A model generated the notes under the pieces. It saw only the letters and a list, made by a program, of their open reading frames with translations, was not told where the DNA came from and did not search any database. From an uncultured delta proteobacterium (GTDB lineage Bacteria > Myxococcota > UBA727 > VGSZ01), in assembly GCA_963775425.1 (NCBI GenBank), contig CAVZJB010000016.1:576001-640000 (forward strand): a stretch of DNA of 64,000 nt, written 5' to 3'. Made by a program: the position numbers and the translations under genes. This document shows positions 60,233 to 64,000 of the stretch, one piece after another; the first letter of the stretch is position 1, and the number at the start of each line of letters is the position of its first letter.

Positions 60233-61809
60233 GTCGTCATCCGGAAGCGGCCGTCGAGGGGGACGAAGGCGTCGGCGGCGCGGATGAGGGCGTCGTCGGT
60301 GGACGCGCGAAACGCCGCGACCTCCACGCGCTTGCGCTCGCGCTTGAGCCGCTGCACGAGGGGGATGAAGTCACCGTCGCCCGAGCACAGCACCACGACG
60401 TCGACGTCGTCGAGCTGATCGAGGATCTCCATGGCGATGCCCATGTCCCAGTCGGCCTTGCGGGATCCGTCGCTGCGCTCCTTGGGCCGCTTCTCGCGCA
60501 CGTCGTAGCCCGCCTCCCGGAGCGACTTCACGAAGCCCTGGTGCAGCCCCTCGTCGCCGTCCTTGACGACGAACGCCACCGCGCTCGCCTTGTTGCGCTT
60601 GTCGAGGACCTCGTCGAGGAGCGCGCGGTAGTCGAGCTTGCTGCCGAAGTCGCGGCGCGCGCTGGCCGAGAGGTTGGCGGCGTCCACGAACACCCCCACG
60701 CGCGCGGCGTCTCCGGCCGCGCCGCCCTCCACGGCGCCCGCGGGCGCACCGCCGTCGGCCGCCGCGAGCTGCCTGCGGGCCGCCTTCAGCTCCTCGCGCA
60801 ACCCCGCGATGCGCTCCTGGGCCGCAGCTTCGCGGCCCGCGATCAGGCGGAGCTGCTCCTCGAGCTCCTCGCGGGCGCGCTGCCAGCCGCGGGCCGCGTC
60901 GTCGTGCGCGCGCGCGTGGGCCGCGAGCTCCTCCTCGAGCTCGGCCAGCCGCGCCGCGCGCTCCGCCCTCGCTTCGAGGGAGCGGTTCTTCTCCTTCATG
61001 CGCTCGAGCTCCTCGAGCGTCGACGACAGCCGCGCCGGCTGGCTCTGCTCGAGCGCCGCGCGCACCGACTCCAGCTCGGCGCGCAGCTTGTCCCGCTCGG
61101 CCTCGACGCTGCGGCGTAGCTCCTCCTCCTCCCGCAGCGCGCGCTCGCGCTGGCCGAGGCGCACCATGAGCTCGCTGCGCTCACGCTCGGCGGACTCCTT
61201 CACGCCGACCGCCGCTTTCAGCTCCCGCTGCTGCTGCTCGAGCGCCTTTTCGTACGTGGTCAGCCGCTCTTCGACGCCGCCCCCGGGCGCGCCGTCGCCG
61301 GCGTCGGCGGAGGCGGCCGCGGCGTGGGCGTCGGCGGCCTTCTGCACCTGCGCGAAGGCCTCGGTGAGCACCTTGTCGGCGGCCTTCTTGTGGGCCTCGC
61401 GCCCGTCGCGCAACAGCGCCCACACGATGCGCGCGCGCTCGCGGCGAAAGTCGAGCGCGCGGTAGGTGGCGAGGCGCTCGTCGACGTGGGCCTCGTCGAT
61501 GGAGGCCACGATGTGCCGCTCCTTGTGGCAGCCGCGGTCGAGCTCCTTCATGAGCGCGAAGGCGATGTCCGCGTTTCTGTGGAAGGCGTCGGCGAGCCGC
61601 CCGACCAGCTCCGCGCGCGGCATCTGCCCCGGGCGCGGCGCCGCCCCGCGCATCTGCTTTTGCAGGACCTCCTCGAGGGACTTGCGATCGAGCGCGCCCT
61701 CGAGGACGAGGATGGTGCGCGGCGCGTCCAGCGCGCGCTTGAGATCTTCCCAGAGCTGCTTTTGCGGCGCGGAGCCGGCCTTGGGCAGCGGCGGGGGCGC
61801 GTGGCTCAT
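60229..61809 (-). CDS. Coiled-coil protein with C-terminal NYN (LabA/DUF88) domain
   Basis: VFVDAANL, KADWDMGIAM, SGDGDFIPLV; long E/R/A heptad region. Confidence 0.85.
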   Translation of the reverse strand: MSHAPPPLPKAGSAPQKQLWEDLKRALDAPRTILVLEGALDRKSLEEVLQKQMRGAAPRPGQMPRAELVGRLADAFHRNADIAFALMKELDRGCHKERHIVASIDEAHVDERLATYRALDFRRERARIVWALLRDGREAHKKAADKVLTEAFAQVQKAADAHAAAASADAGDGAPGGGVEERLTTYEKALEQQQRELKAAVGVKESAERERSELMVRLGQRERALREEEELRRSVEAERDKLRAELESVRAALEQSQPARLSSTLEELERMKEKNRSLEARAERAARLAELEEELAAHARAHDDAARGWQRAREELEEQLRLIAGREAAAQERIAGLREELKAARRQLAAADGGAPAGAVEGGAAGDAARVGVFVDAANLSASARRDFGSKLDYRALLDEVLDKRNKASAVAFVVKDGDEGLHQGFVKSLREAGYDVREKRPKERSDGSRKADWDMGIAMEILDQLDDVDVVVLCSGDGDFIPLVQRLKRERKRVEVAAFRASTDDALIRAADAFVPLDGRFRMTT

Positions 61810-62093
61810 CGCCGCCCCGCGCTCGTCGTCGACGCCGACCCCGGGCACCGGCTGAGGGCCGGGTCCTGCGGATCGGCGACGCGGCACACGCCGCTGGGCT
61901 CGACGCAGACGCTGCCCTCGTCGCACTCGGCGTCGTCGTTGCAGCGCAGCGCGCACGCGCCTTCGAAGCAGCGGGCGCCGTCGGCGCAGTCGGCGTCGGC
62001 CGCGCAGCAGGGATCGCCGATGGGCAGCACGCAGCCGCCCGCACACAGGAGCGCGACGACGAGCCCCACCCCGACGGCGCGCGCGACGGTCAT
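61806..62093 (-). CDS. Small Cys-rich lipoprotein
   Basis: Lipobox AGGC; two CxxDxxCxxGxxC units. Confidence 0.7.
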   Translation of the reverse strand: MTVARAVGVGLVVALLCAGGCVLPIGDPCCAADADCADGARCFEGACALRCNDDAECDEGSVCVEPSGVCRVADPQDPALSRCPGSASTTSAGRR

Positions 62094-62097
62094 GGGG

Positions 62098-63931
62098 CTA
62101 CTCGCGGACGGGGAGGGCGCGCAACGCCGCCTTGCCCTCTTTCACGTAGACCTGGAAGCGAACGCTCTTCGCCTTGTGCTTCTCGATGATCTGCTGGCGG
62201 TTCTTCAGAAGCTTGGCCACGAAGCAATCGTAGGTGAGGTCGGTGGTGTCCTCGCCGCACTGCACGCGCGTCTCCACGAACTTGTCGTAGACGTCGCGAT
62301 AGTGCTGCTCGTCGGCGTTGGGCACGTTGGGCCGCGGGGCCGCCGCGGACAGGAGCTCCTGCGGCACCTCGGCGACGACGGTGCGGGCATCGTCCGCGCG
62401 CGCGGGCTGCGGCGGCTGGGCCATGGGCGGCGGGACCGCCTGGTGGCTGCCCGTGCTCGGCTGCGCAGACTGGTTCAACAGCTCCTGCGGCACCTGGAAC
62501 ATCACCGTGGCCTCGGGGCTCATCGACGCCTGCGGGCCGGGGCCGGGCTCCTGCATCTCCGGAGGCGGCTCCGGCTGCGGCGGCGGCTGCGCCGGCTGCG
62601 GCGGCTGCGACGACGGCGGCGGCACACGGAACGCGGCCAGCGGGTCGGCGGCGCCGTCGTCGAAGAGGCCCGAGAGCCCGCTCGGCGGATTCCGCCGGCG
62701 GGGGCGGCGGCGGCCGCGGCGAGGAGGCGGGCGCGCCGAGGGCGTCGAAGTCTCCGAAGGCGGGCGACGCGGCGCTCGGCCCCGAGGGCTCGCGCGCGCC
62801 GTTGGAGGGACCGAGCGAGGGCGTGGGCACGCCCGGCGGGGTGCCCGGCAGCGGCGAGGGGCTCGACAGCGTGCCGAGCGGCGCGCCCGGCCGGCTCGCC
62901 GACGGCATCGTCTGCAGGATCATGTTCACCTGCTTGCCGAGCCGCAGGAACTGCCCCGACAGCGACGCCTCCGGCAGGATGCCCACGCTGTTGCCCTGCG
63001 ACACCTGGCTCAGGTGGTCGACGATGACCTCGATGGGCTTGTTCACCGAGCGCAGCGTCGCGAGGATCAGGACGGTCTGGAGCAGCGCGATCACGAGGGT
63101 GCCGCCGAGGACGAGCACCTGCGCCCACGCGAGCGCGCGGAAGCCCTCGTTGCGGTCGGTGGCGACGAGCACGCTGATGCTGTCCCCGCCGAAGCCGAGC
63201 GGGATGGCGGTGATGTTGTAGCGCCCGTGATCCATCAGGATCGGGAACGCCGCCGGCAGCGGCTTGAGATCGAGGGCGCCCACGGCGCCGCGCAGCTTGA
63301 GCTCCTCGGCCGTGAGGTCCTTCAAGGCGTCGCCGAGCCGCTTGCCGTTGACGGAGAGCAACACCGGCGTCGACAGCCGCTGCGAGAGGCGGTCGGCGAA
63401 GGCGGCGTCGAAGGGCCACCCGAGGAGCACGACGCCGGAGAGGTCGGCGCCGTCGAACACGGGCGCGGCCGCGAGGTGATAGGTCTTTCCCGCGAACACC
63501 TTGATGCCGTCGCGCGCGATGCCCGACGCGGCCTCGGCGAACTCCGGCAGGCCGGACAGCAATCCGTCGAGCTTCACGTCGGCGCCGGCGTGGGCGGCGA
63601 CCGTGCCGTCAGGCTTGACGAGGGCGGCGAAGACGGGCGCGCCCTGGATGCCCGCGCGGCCGAGGAGGACGCCCTCCGCCTCCGGCGTGAGCTCGCCCTT
63701 CTTCATGGCGTCGCGCACGGACTTGTCGACGGTGGCCTTGGTGGCGGCCTCGACCTCTTCGGCCGCCGCCTGCGTCAGCGCACCGTTGACCGCGCTCACC
63801 GACTGGGTGGACATCGCCTCGAACGGGGGCATGACGCGCTCGTACAGGGCGCTCGTCCCGAGGAGCAGGACGAGCACGCCGGCCACCACCAGCACGACGA
63901 CCGTCAGCCAGAGCCGCAGTTGCAATCCCAT
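62098..63931 (-). pseudogene. MXAN_5187-family membrane protein, split by a 1-nt frameshift
   Basis: N-part has 2 TMs around a periplasmic domain; C-part ends FVAKLLKNRQQII...VRFQVYVKEGKAALRA; frames join if one base is removed at about 62688-62695. Confidence 0.75.
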
Positions 63932-64000
63932 GCTCTTCCCTTCGCCCTCCCAGCCGCCCGAAAGCTATGGCGTCCCGTCCTCTTTGGGCAAGCCCGAGGG

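Overview
Very high-GC bacterial DNA, most likely Myxococcota (RpoB N-terminus, Glt/Cgl genes, MXAN_5187-like protein). 1-18.5 kb is one minus-strand run: eno, a small OM barrel, gltB/gltA-like, gltC, a 1.9-kb repeat mosaic, gltD, gltE, gltF, a gltF paralog, gltG, a frameshifted gltG paralog, gltH/cglE, ybgC and glpX. This puts a Glt/Nfs-type envelope machine in a single locus. Then come lipid/envelope genes (epimerase, acyltransferase, hydrolase, peptidase-propeller-Omp85 fusion, PP2C, pgeF, AarF) and a cluster of repeat-rich lipoproteins. Next is a stand-alone rpoB-orfX-rpoC unit with a candidate promoter and a terminator, a DUF4388/J-like/Ser-Thr kinase, and an LRR-clostripain fusion. The window ends with HIT, ihfB, SpoIID-like, thrC, NYN and MXAN_5187-like genes. 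I saw no rRNA, tRNA, CRISPR or intact transposase. Best novelty candidates: the one-locus Glt system with a duplicated F/G cassette, the hierarchical 44/88/213-bp repeat array with GTAG-type REP palindromes inside it, and the unknown gene between rpoB and rpoC. All family calls come from recalled motifs, not database searches.
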